Assembly: GCA_048013815.1 (NCBI GenBank)
Contig: CM106586.1
Span: 11,842,001 to 11,906,000 of the forward strand
Direction: 5' to 3'
Source of the DNA: Setoptus koraiensis
Taxonomy: Eukaryota > Animalia > Arthropoda
DNA length: 64,000 nt
Below the pieces are notes generated by a model that was not told where the DNA came from, made no database searches, and saw only the letters and a program-made list of their open reading frames with translations. The translations under genes and the position numbers were made by a program. Positions 24,673 through 36,894 of this stretch are shown piece after piece. Within the stretch, counting starts at the first letter, position 1; every line of letters begins with the position of its first letter.

Positions 24673-27600
24673 CTTCATCTGTTTCTACTTAAACTCTACG
24701 CTAGCGATCATCAGTTCGGTTAGCAATTCAAGAAACACAATTGCGGTTTCATGGATATGTTGGATCTATTCCATTTAACCCAGCTCTTCTACAGTCTGTC
24801 TTAAAAGTTTTGTTTTGACAGCTATCTTTAGTTCGCAGCTATCTGCTACTACAGCTGGCGTTTTGGGCACATCTGCTATCAGATCATCAACATTTATATT
24901 GAGAAGAAAGAATGGGATAGTGTTTGAAATATAACGTTTATGCCACCAATAGACTCATCGATGGCACCAATCGCTCTTATATTTTTCATCTTATCTTCTA
25001 ACTTTACTCCAAATCATTTGCTATTACTAACATCATTTTGAGATATTACATATGATAACATAATTTATCTATAACCGTATGCGTATTGTCCATATAATAA
25101 ACATGCATATACCAAATATTTGGTTCATATCACCGCGACATTCCCGCTAAATCATCTTGATTGCATCACCTGACTACATCTTAAACGAAAAAAAAAAACT
25201 TGATTACAAACCAACATATAGAGTCGAGTTATAAGTTCAAGGAGTAGTAGTACCAATAACTTCGGAGATGTTTTAGGACAGCAAGACTCTGGAAACACTC
25301 AACAATCGTCGCCATATAATGGAATGGGAGAAATTAATAACAGCAATGTTACGAAGTAATTCGATGATTTGTATAGCCATGCAAAAGCAACAGTGATTAT
25401 TAATAAGACAGCTAAATTCTTTTGAGTTTGCACGAAGGATATTTTTCAAATTGGTGGATACAATCAACACCGTTGGCAAATACAAATCAACATAAAGCTA
25501 ACTTAATAAGAACTCCTTCAGCTGGTCGAGTAAGGAATCCGATAGTGATGAGCGAAAAGTCATCGAAATAGCCGGAAGAAGGAATCGCAGCTATTTATCT
25601 CGTTTATGTGTTAAGACGCTTCATCATTTTTCATTAAAGGCTTCTTCTGTACTTCTATACTTCTATCTAATGATCACCCCACCGACTATCTGTTGTTCGT
25701 CAGTGGAGTTGAGACTTGACATTTCTACCGGAAGTCTCGAAATCGCTGTGAACATTTTTGAGGTATTGAAAATGTATTTCGGTTTCTGAGTTGTAAACAT
25801 AATTGACGTGTTTGCAAGGTGAGAATCAATACTGATGTTTTGATATGATAACGTGTATCGTTTGTTACGACGTAAAATATTCTAACGTTAGCTAGAAAAT
25901 ATCCGAAGCACACGTAAATCCGGTTGTCACTGTTGCTCGTGCTGTCAAAGGTGACGCTATGTGAAAATGTTGAGTTGCATCAATCGATCAAATAATTGGG
26001 GCAGTCGTAAATGTTATTTAGTAAGATTCGCGTTTCAGATGAGAAAAATTTGAACCTAGGAATAAAACGTCGGCCACTCATGATAACACTTGTAATCACT
26101 ATGAGATGCGTGGCAATCGTTAATCCACCTGATCACGTCCAAACTAGCTCGCGATTGATCGCCTAGACTGATGACCTACGCTCTCGGTTGTGGTTGTGAG
26201 GTTAACGGGGTCATATTCGTGGCACGTATTGGTATTTCGCCTTTTTATTGTTGGTCCGCTTGTTGGCTTAATTGTGGAGACATCAATGTGTGTCGGAGAG
26301 CTCACAAGACATGTCGACAAGAGATATTTCAGAGTGTATTAGTGATTAGTGATGCACACCTAGAGTTAGGATGGAGCGAATCAGAACTTGCGGTTATTGT
26401 TTTGGTGTGTTTGAGAGACTGTAGACAACTCTTTTTTAGCGTGCTCCTTATAACATCTGATAACTACTGTATTATAAATAATTATCATTGAATTTATTTG
26501 GGCTCATCGGTCTGATTATTGTTCGTTGTTGTCGGACAACTTCTTTTAGCAACATGTTCGTTCGTGGCTCATCAGGTCACTTTTGCAGCCGATTATTCCG
26601 GCAACAATTATACAATTATTGTATCGAGTGTGCACAAAATAAATTTAATGATAATCCTTGATGATGAGTCATTATTAGATGTTGTAATGAGTACACTGAA
26701 AGCGAGCTGTCTACAGTTCGTCGAATGCATCAAGACGACAGCGGTAATTGTCGCACCTATATGTCGACGTTTGACATTGGAACAACAAGTGCTGCGAATC
26801 GCACCTAGATGGCGGCACTAGACTCTCGAAGGATTTTCCCCCTTTCCATGGATTACCAATTTATTCATACGCTAATAAGTATACTGAGAATTGCGCTGGC
26901 AGTTAGGGTGGCATTCCATTACTTCCTGCGCTTCACTTAGCCAATGGCATGCCCTCCCCCATTCGGAGTCGGTGCGATTGCCAAGAATTTATTATGTTAA
27001 TTGGCTAAACATTAGCTTGTGTTGTGATGGGGAGGAGCGTTGGCGGTGGCATGAGAGAGTGGCGTTGGTATTTGAATCAATCATTGTGTTTTTTGTCATC
27101 GGAGAAGCAACGTCAATTGTCAAACAACTAGAGTGACAGCAACAAACAAATGGAACAGTAATCAACAAGTGTCTGTCCTCATCAAAGAATTGAGTCCCAC
27201 CAACGGCAGTTGCAAGAGAAAATCACATGTGACAACAACTGCAAGCCAACAATTGTTGAAGATAATCATAACTGGCCACAACAAGCGATAGCGAACACAA
27301 CACGATCGAAAGTGTATAGAAAATGCAGCCAGATATGAGAATAATTCAGTTCGAATGAAACTCCACTGTCGGTCATCACCTAAACGTTGAACTAGTTAGC
27401 ACAAAACGAAAGCAATTGTAACACTCAAGTGCAGCACTGATGGCATCAACAGTTAAATTGTTATCACTATTACTAATGTCATTATCACCATCAACAACAT
27501 GCGCAACATTACAATCATTATTATTAGTGCCGGCAATGGAACAGCAAGTGCAATACAGAGTAAATAGCAGAGATTCTTCCGGAAACGATAATAATAATTT

Positions 27601-28731
27601 TATCTTGTTAGGTAAGTACTTGTTAAACAAACTAACACGGTGAATAATAATAATAATAATAATGATGATAATAGCATCATCATTCATTCAGTAGAATGAT
27701 GAAATAAGAATAATAAGAATAAAAAAATAACGAGCGTCTGTGAGAACGGCAACAAGTGCTAATGTGAGCAATGTCTGACAACTTGTGAGCAGTAAGTTAC
27801 GGCTATAAATTACTCATCAATTGATTAGAGACGCACCAACAAACAAACAAGCATGAACTAACAAGCAACATTCCAACCAATTTACGTTTGGTTAGCTAAT
27901 TCATTTTGCAACTATCTGTTAAACTGTTCAGTTAGTGTATCCATTGCATTAGTAGTTATCAGTGGTTGTTGTTGTTGAGTATTTCCATTGTGGCGCATTT
28001 AATAACAATTTGTTGTTATTTAATTCTTTTGGCTCATTCATTGACGTTGTCAGTTGACGGTGATGCCAACTGGCAACGCCAATGGATGAGCCATCCAACT
28101 TCAACAAGTGCCTGTCTGTCCGTCGTTGTGGCGTAAATGCCACAACGGCGGCCACATTTTCCGAGAGACAATCGTCACGCTCATTCAGACATAAAAATAC
28201 ATTTAGTTACATGATGATGAGATAACGAGAGGCGGCCAAAAAGAGCGTTAACATAGTTACTCGAATTGGCACCCATTTTAGACCGTCCCACCGACACAAT
28301 AGCTCTAAATACCCACCGAAATGGTAGAAGCGCCAAATAAATAGAGTGTTCTCGGATGAGGGTCGCTCGGCTCAACTTGTTATGGCTGCGCCTTGATTTT
28401 GACTTTGGTTTTCCTTTTGGGCACTTCATTTTCGGCATCATTTGGCAGTAAGAATGTACACAGTTACCCATGTGATGTTGTGTTGATTTGAGTAGAAATC
28501 TCTCAATGATAACCCTTTTAATAATTTGAATATATGTAGATTACACTAATTTACTAATTTACATCGTACATAGCCAATATATGGACTATTTGGTCGACTC
28601 GACACGTCGGCCCCATGATTGTTGCCTGCCCTATACAAGGCGAAACTATTTATCGTGTCAAATTGTTTGTTTGTTAGTTGAAACTCCCGTAGAGTCCATC
28701 TTTAGAAAACCTCCCTACGATCTAAGAATGT

Positions 28732-31700
28732 CTAAGATTTCTTCTTTTTCTTTTTCATTTTCTTCTTTTCTCCTCCCTCTTTCCTGTGAAATCAATAATG
28801 ATAATGAAGTAACACAAAAGAAAATATTAATAGTCTTTTCGTCTTGATGAGTTTAGTTGATTTAGGTGCAAGCTGAGTCATACTTACTTCATTGCGTGCT
28901 CCGACATTTTCTGGACATTTTGAAAGCGAAAACGATGACAGTTAAGCAAATGAGTCAGTGATTATGGAGCAATTATTTCATTATCAATTGAACGAACAGC
29001 CACAATTTACGATTATTGATTATGGCTAATCGTAGTTTTATGATTGAGCGGTCTCTACTCACCTTCTTTTTGCCCTTCTTGAATTCCTCTTTGTGGTGCT
29101 TCTTGAATTTGTCCTTCTTTTCTTTCTTGTACTTCTTGCCTGATTTTTTCTTTTTCTCGTACTGGATAGTAGTGATGAAGAAAGTGGAATTTTGCACAAA
29201 AACAAACACGCCGTAAGTATTGTGAATTATGAACATGGTTGGCAGCATGCAATGTACAATCATCGTCATCGTTGGAGTATCCAATAATCAACACCTACCT
29301 TCTTCATGTGTTTGCCCTGGTACTTTTTGCCGTTGGCTTTGTCCCATTTCTTTTTCCATTTCTTGTTCTTCTCGTCCCATTTCTTTACTCGCTTTATGTC
29401 GTGCCACTGTTGTTGCCGAAGAACCATCAATCAGATAATGGAGAGATCGGTGGGGCATCATTTGAAAGAAAGAAAATTTATGTTAAGAACATTGATCAAT
29501 TAAGAACCTGCTTTGGTATTGTGCATTCTGACACGAACGATACTGTTGGTGTCGTCAGCACTGTGTATGAATGTAATATAATACTAATATCGATCAATCG
29601 ATTAAGTATTAGTAAGTAATTGATGAAATCGACACACATAATCACGGATGCACTTAATGATGATTTAGTCGTCAACCGGAAGCGCTCTCGATCTCGACAT
29701 GGTGCATATTCTCTCTCGCAACGATTTCATTTGTTGCAACGGAATTGTTGCGGCTAATGTCCAGTTAATGAGTCGCCCACAATCATAGCGATAATGTTCA
29801 GAGTTCACTGACTGAGACAAAAGTTTCTGTGCAGATGCGCTTTTTCTTGGGGCGAAACTTCAGTTTACACAGTCCGATGAATGAGATGTTCATGAATAGT
29901 ACTGGCGGTGGATATTTTGTGAATGAAGTAGATAAATTTCATATCTGTGCATTTTTGGGATCAAATTGCATCAATTTTCAATTGTTCATTGTGAGTTCTG
30001 CTCTGCACACGGCACAAAAAGATGTCTCAGCCGAGTGGATAGCGCTCACCTGTAGCAACAGGTGAGCAGATTGAGAGATAGCAAGAACAATGATTGATCA
30101 TTGCGCGCCTACATTTGTTAGGCAATTCTTTCGGTCCGGTCGAATGTTGATTCACATCCATAAAATGGCACATGTTGGCAAGTTGAGCCCGGCTAAGACA
30201 CACAATTGCATCTTATCATCAATGGCTGGCTAATTCGCAGTGTTGCTCATTATCTTTAATATCTGTCTATTCTCGCACGCAGAGAGGGCGAGAAAGAAAA
30301 TCTCTCTTTGAAGAAAATCTCTCTTTGAAGAAAATCTCTCGTTCTCATCGGTCAAGTTACAGTTTTAAGCACCTTGAGAACTAATTTTAGCAACATATTT
30401 TGTAGACGGCGCATTATCAATTAGTTTTATCGTGAACCTGTGCCAGCTTTTATCCGAGACAAACAATATCTCATTGTTTTGGTCATTGCGAGTGTGTCAT
30501 TTTGTGTACAATTTGCGTGTGCTGTTGAGTGTGTCTCGCAAAAACTATCACCGGACAACAAGCACAGTAGTAGTTTTAGATAAGGGCTTACCTTTTTGGT
30601 GTTTCCCCATTCCTCCTTATGGTAAACTTTCTTGAATCCCGTCTTTTTGTGGCCCTAAAAGCTCGTTAGAGTTTTTCGCCGAGAGAGAGAGAGATTTTTG
30701 AAGAGCAACAACAGCGCCATTTCGTATTCATGAATGAGTGATATCTTATTAGTGAGTGTAATTCAATTGAAGATGGCAGCAGCACGAACTAGTTGTTTGG
30801 GTTGTTTGCGCCGCACAAACAAGATGCTGTCTGTTAGTTGGCTGGTCGGAGATTAGTGCAAAAATTAATTATTTCGAAGCAACGGCAACAACGGCGCTCA
30901 TAATGATGATGAGAACCCGAGCGTTGTTATGATTGCCCGCCAAGGCAGTTTAACGACGCGCCGAGCCTAGACGAGACGAGCCTGGACGAGGCGAGCCGAG
31001 CCGAGCCGAGAAACGAGAAGAGAAGACAAATTGAGCCGATGCAAATTGCAGCCAGCCAGCCAGTCAGCCAGTCAGCCAGCCAGACGGCGACAGACGATCG
31101 TGTTGGCGCTGCGATGGAAGCTCGCAAAACAAATAGATATGACGATTGTTGTCTCTAATTAAAAAGTTTAAGCTCCTGTTGCTATTTGATATCGCATATC
31201 AATTTCTCAATCTACAATCGGTCGAAAGTTGTTCACTTGCGCGCTGGCTTGCTAGTTTATCTCACAGCGAGCTGTTAACAATAGCCTGTTACGTAACATG
31301 CGCACAGTGACAACTAATCGCGCTGGCCACTCGTTAGTATTAGGGTATTCTGTGGGTTCAGTGGGTGCCCCCGGTCAGTTTGAGTCAGCGACGGTGTCAG
31401 TTAGTCAGCGACAGTGTCAGTTTTGTTGTCGATGTTGACTGAGCTAGTTAGCTTGGGTGACACTAAATAATAATGAATGAACAGTAGCAACAGTAACAGT
31501 TATAATTAATTGTTCAGGACACACGCACGCCCAAGACAGATGAGGGCACAGCCAGAGTGACCGGTCCAATGGGCAACAAGTCATAACTCAGCTACGCCGC
31601 TCACTTTTGCCGGCCAAGTGTCCGGCGGTACGAAAATTGAGAATTTCAAAAAAAAAATGAAAAAAATTGAAATAAATAAAGCGTGTGTATGCGATTGTGA

Positions 31701-34700
31701 AAATAAATTCATGGGCACACGCGCCAATCCAACAGCAAGTGTCAGCTGGTCAGTTGCTCGATTGCACAAACAAGTGCGCTGGCAAGACCGCTATCAATTG
31801 GCCGCTCTCTCTCTCTCTCTCTCGTAGCCAAAAGTGCGGGGGCGTTTGAATAGAAGTGGCCACAGTGGGCTGCTTCGTTAGCGGTTGCTGGTGAGCGGTT
31901 GCTGGTTAGCGGCTAACCAGCAACTAACGACACTGAAGAAATGCTCTCGTTTTAGACTCATATATATATATATCTTTCTGAGCGCGGTTCATATTTGCAA
32001 CAGGTGAGCAATCTCTCAATTTGGCACGGTCACTCTCTAACTCTCAACTTTGTCAACTTATCTTTTGTTCGTGTGCCTTCAGGTTACTCAGTCTTTGTTC
32101 AATCTCTGTCTCAGTTTGTGTGTGTGCGTGTGCGTGTCATCATTAAGCAATGGCAATGCCAACGAATCGTTTAACTGAACAACTGAACCATTGATGATGA
32201 CGCAACTAATTAACCAATCATCAGAGAAAAACCAGTGTGTTGCATAGTCATGTTGAATAGTTCGCACGCCCACGCTACTGATGAGATGCTCAATGAACAA
32301 TTTGAAAAATATTTCAAATTGATGAGATTGTGCGACTGGCTGTTTTTCTCTATCTCTTTTTTTCTTTTCTTCATCAATTCTAATATACTAAATAATGATA
32401 ATATTGTATAGAAATTTAGATGAAAAAAGCAGACAGACAGACATGATAGTGTGTTTGTCATGTATAAATGAGCTGTTATGTAACAACTGTAATTTGCGAT
32501 TGTGTTCCATTTGCTTTGGCTCAACAATAAAACTTGAATGCGTCCGCGAGAGGGCGCCCACACATGCAAAGATTTATTGCCAGTGTTGCGAATCACATTT
32601 GCGTATTATATTATATCACTATATCATTATATAATATGCATACAGACATAATAAGCCAGTCAGCGAGACTGTCTGAACACCTAGAGACACTTGTTAGATA
32701 GATGGATACAACGAGACTTGGGTGCGCTTCGAATAATGGATGACGCAATGAGAAGCGAGCAAAGGCAAACTGAATGCAAACGAGCAAGCCGAAGAAAACA
32801 ATGCCATCAATCAATAGTGTGAACTCACCTTGTCCTTGAGGAACTTTTTGCCCTTTTTGCCCTTCTTCACCCCCTTGCCCTTCTTTTTCTTGAGGCCCCA
32901 TCTATTTTTTGTTCAGCACAACACCAGAGCGACCGATTGGTTAGTTGTGGCGAGTTGGTTGTGGCGAGTTGGTTGTGGCGAGTTGGTTGTGGGAGGTTGA
33001 TTGTGGGAGGCAGAGGGAGTTGTGTGCATTTACGTGTGGATTTGTGTGTGGATTTATGGATTGAGACGGTAGTTTGCCAATTAGTGGTTGCCTTTAGACC
33101 CTATAGTTTAGAGCGTTGGCATGCGCCAATTGAAGGGGATCGCCACAACGAGTTTATAGCGGCTAATTGATCGATCACAAGCTCACGATCGGCGCTCGAA
33201 TTTGGCCGGATTGGCCAGCGAGCTGACAAACTGGCCGCGATACTCACTTTTTCTTCTTGAAGTCGCCCTTCTTCTTCTGGCCGTGCTTCTCAACGCCCCA
33301 CTTCTTTTTGGCCTTTTTACCTGCATATTCGATGACGGGGGAAATAACGGGATTATCAGTCGGTGTTGCAGCGTCAGCGGCCGAGACGGCGGCGAAATGA
33401 GCAATCATTGGGCTGATTGCCGGCATCTGATTAAGACATGCAAACGCAAGCAACGAGAACGCAGCCAATCGTCGACAAACAACAACTAATTACCTTCTTC
33501 TTTTTTCTTTTTGGCGCCCTCTTTGTGTTTCTTTTCGTTTTTTTTCATCATCTCCTTTTTGCCCTTTTTCCACTCTTTGTGTTTTTCCATTGCCTTCTTC
33601 TTTTTCTTTTTGATCTTTGCCTTGTTGTGGCCACCTGCCGGCGTCAGCTCGAAATCGACAACGGCGCCCGCTATCGTTTTCTCTGACGACGTTTTGGCAG
33701 CCTGATCCTGGCCCGACGATGGCACGGACGCGGGCGACGCAATCGCGGACTGATCGGCCAGCGCCGACACCGAGCTGCCGGCCGGATGTGCCGCCGACGA
33801 CGACAACGACACAGATTGCGGTTCTTGATAGTCGTAATCGTGATTATTTCGCGATTTTCCATCGCCGTCAGTTATGTCGTCCTTGTTGTTGTTGTTGTTG
33901 TTGTCGCCACCATTATTATTGCCATTATTGGCTATGTTGTTTTTGAGCGCCAGCGGCGGCGGCGGCGGAGGCCTAGTCATGCCAAACTGCTGCTGCTGCT
34001 GCTGATTGTTGGCCGCTTGGTGATGGTGCAACAGGTGAACGGAATTAGATTGGGGCGACGAGTCTGTGCGCGCATTTGTGTATACGCGTTCATGTATTTG
34101 TTATGCGTTATTTGTTGTCGTTCGCGTTTACGTAAGCATTTGTTGTCGTTCGCGTCGTTGTTTGTTGTGCGCGATTTCGGATTGTCAACGGAGCGAGAGA
34201 GTGATTTTTTGGGAGATAAGTGAGTGATCATAATTAGTGATTTAAACTTAAACGATCGCCGCTCATTTAAGGAGCGCCAAGCGAGCCAACGGAAAGAGAT
34301 AAAGCCAATGCGCGCAAGGCCGGCATTATCGCTGGCCAGATTAAGTTGTTGTTTGCTTGTTGTGGCCATAACAAGCGCGTCTGTGCCGGACAGTCCGACT
34401 AACGGCTTTGCTGTCAGTCGGACGGGCCGGCCGGCCGGCCGGTCGCTCGCCGGCGATTGGTTCGGCGATCGGCGCAACAATCCGCATCTTATCTTCAATT
34501 AATCAATTTGACGAGACGATGCATTATTGTAATTAGCACACGGCACATTTGCGGCAAATGAGCGGCCGCTGTGAACTCATTAGTGGTCGCCGGCCATCGC
34601 CAACTGGCCATGGCGTGAATCGGACGCGTCAAGCAAACAGCGTCTTTGTCGGGCTCGTCGGGCTCGTCGAGCTTGTCGGGCTTGTCGAGCGCCGACCCAC

Positions 34701-35515
34701 TGACGAGCCACTGACGAGCCACTGGCGGCCGACCGACGAGCCACTGACCAGACCGACCGACCAGCCGCTGACCAGACCGACAAACTCATCGACGAGACGC
34801 GTCTGGCGAGACGCTGGCGTGTGACCGGCCGCTTGAACTCTCGCCGGCGCTTTGCTCGCCGGCGCTTTGCGCGCTCGAAAGCGGCGGCCACAAGCAAGCG
34901 AGACCAACGAGCCTCGATAATTAATTCCAGCCGGCGAGCCGCCCGATTAAAGAGGCATCTCGGTTATGTAATAATCGTAAAACAACAAGTGTCTTACCCT
35001 GCTGTTGCTGCTGCTGTTGTTGGCGCTCGTTAGTGTGTTGTGTTTGTGATGGCGATTGTATATCGTTGTGCCTGCTCAACGTTATCTCTTGCTGTTGTTG
35101 TTGTTGCTGATTTGATGTTGGCGACACGCTGTTAGAGTTATGAGTTGTTGTGTCTCTATCATCGTGTATCTCTTGTATTTCAATTGCCGAGTCGCCAACA
35201 ATGAGCGACGCATCCACCATCATGGTCATTACGTAATGAGAGCTAGTAGTAGTGACATTGTTGCTGTTGCTGTTGTTGTTCCATAAGCTTATGAAATGAT
35301 TATCACGCAATAAATAATTCCATGGTTGATTGGACAAAACCAGCAGCGCCGTCAGTAGGCTCGTAACGAGACACAACCGATGAGGTGAGGGCCGCTTCTT
35401 GAGCGCCGCTCTTAAACGGATACACTGCTTGTTGTCGCTATTATGCAAGTCTCTTAATTGGTGGTTGTTTGGCCTGGTCAAGTCAATTGGCATCGGCTCG
35501 AAGTGAGTGTTGTCG

Positions 35516-35546
<31 letters not shown>

Positions 35547-35658
35547 CGCTGTTGCTGTCGTTGTTGTTGTCGCTTTCATTGTTGCTGGCGCGTCTGGCCG
35601 CGCCGCGACTATTGCTTGCGGTCAGCGAGCGGCGATTCGTCGTGACGATGATGCTCAT
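28732..35658 (-). CDS. Lys-rich DUF4779-like protein, ~573 aa; exons 35658-34998, 34063-33494, 33320-33248, 32901-32829, 30654-30592, 29406-29299, 29161-29063, 28910-28888, 28783-28732 (start uncertain)
   Basis: All eight introns are GT-AG with matching phases (1,1,2,0,0,0,0,2), total 1722 nt. Motif GHKKTGFKKVYHKEEWGNTKK resembles the arthropod DUF4779 core; hydrophobic LCLVTSLLTALLVLS in exon 1. Confidence 0.8.
30295..30340 (+). repeat. 17-bp tandem repeat, 2.7 units (AGAAAATCTCTCTTTGA)
   Basis: Read directly from the sequence. Confidence 0.9.
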
Positions 35659-36844
35659 CGTGACTTATGATGCATATAACGGGCCGCTAGTGGTATCAAT
35701 TAAGAAAAAAGTTGATTAAGATAAAATAACTAATTGGCTGCAATTTGCAACTGCTGTCATCACAACCAGTGTGTCTGAGACGAGTTGCATCTGGATGCTT
35801 TTTTGCTTTTGCTGTCCAATTCGCTTTTTTGTTTTCTCAAAATGTTTTTTTTTTTCTCTCTCTTCTGCCAAGATGGATAATATGATTTTTTCGTCTTGAC
35901 TCGTTGTGTCGTGTTGTCTCGTTGGCGTGTTAGTTAAGCAATGTCGCTCGCCACAAGTGACTGAGCAATCGATCGATCGGTCGATTTTGGAAAAGCGACA
36001 GTGAAAAGCAAACGAGCGAGCGAGCAAGCGAAAATTATTGCACAAGCAAGCCATCAAGACAAAGCCATGTGACAGCAAAATGATCAAAAGACATTCGACG
36101 AGACGACTTGACCTGACTTCCCGTTGAATTAGTTAAGTTTGGTCGTTTCAGTTGTTTGTTGGTTGGCATTGTGACTATGCAACCTTGTTGTTGTGAGTCG
36201 GGCGTTTGTTTTTGTCATTGTCTGTCGTTGCCGGCAAACAATTGGCCAGCGACGACAATTACAAGTTTATCGCTGCCATCAAGCTGATGAGTTATTAACA
36301 CCTATTGTTGTTTGCTAATGAGTTAGTATTTAGACCATCTTCACACTGGCTGTTTCACCTTTTTGACGTTGCCACACTTGACACACACACAGCTGATGGC
36401 TGTCAACTGACTGTCAAGAGCATCTGTCTGTCAAACAATAGTGCCAAAATCACTGTCACTAATTGGACTTGTGGCGCCAATGGGCAACTTCCTACAGGCC
36501 ATTGTATACACTAGTATGTTGTGTATATATTGTGCACACATATTGTATGCAACCAGTGTGTGACCTCTATCGGCCAAAAGAGACGAATCAATAATGACCT
36601 ACTGATACACAACATATTGGCGAGATTGGCTCACAACAAATCGAGCGAGATAAATCGAGTTAAAGTTCACACTCGACAGTCGACACAAACTGACAGAAAC
36701 TGACACAAACAGTGTGCTGCTGACAATTGGCCGATATTAATGCAGAGCAGCATTAATGCATTGGGATATTAGTGGCGAACAGTAATAATGACCCCTTCGA
36801 TTAGCATCAATTTTGGTTATTTTTGTTGCACCGTTGCCTGACGT

Positions 36845-36894
36845 TTGCGTCAGATTGCGTCCGATTGCGTCCGATTGCGTCAGCTTGCGTCAGC
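36845..36894 (+). repeat. 10-bp tandem repeat x5 (TTGCGTCMGM)
   Basis: Read directly from the sequence. Confidence 0.9.

Noticed and set aside
26171-28471. Cluster of 70-106-aa ORFs
   Set aside because: Low-complexity GTT/CAA-biased DNA depleted of stops; no consistent frame or motif.
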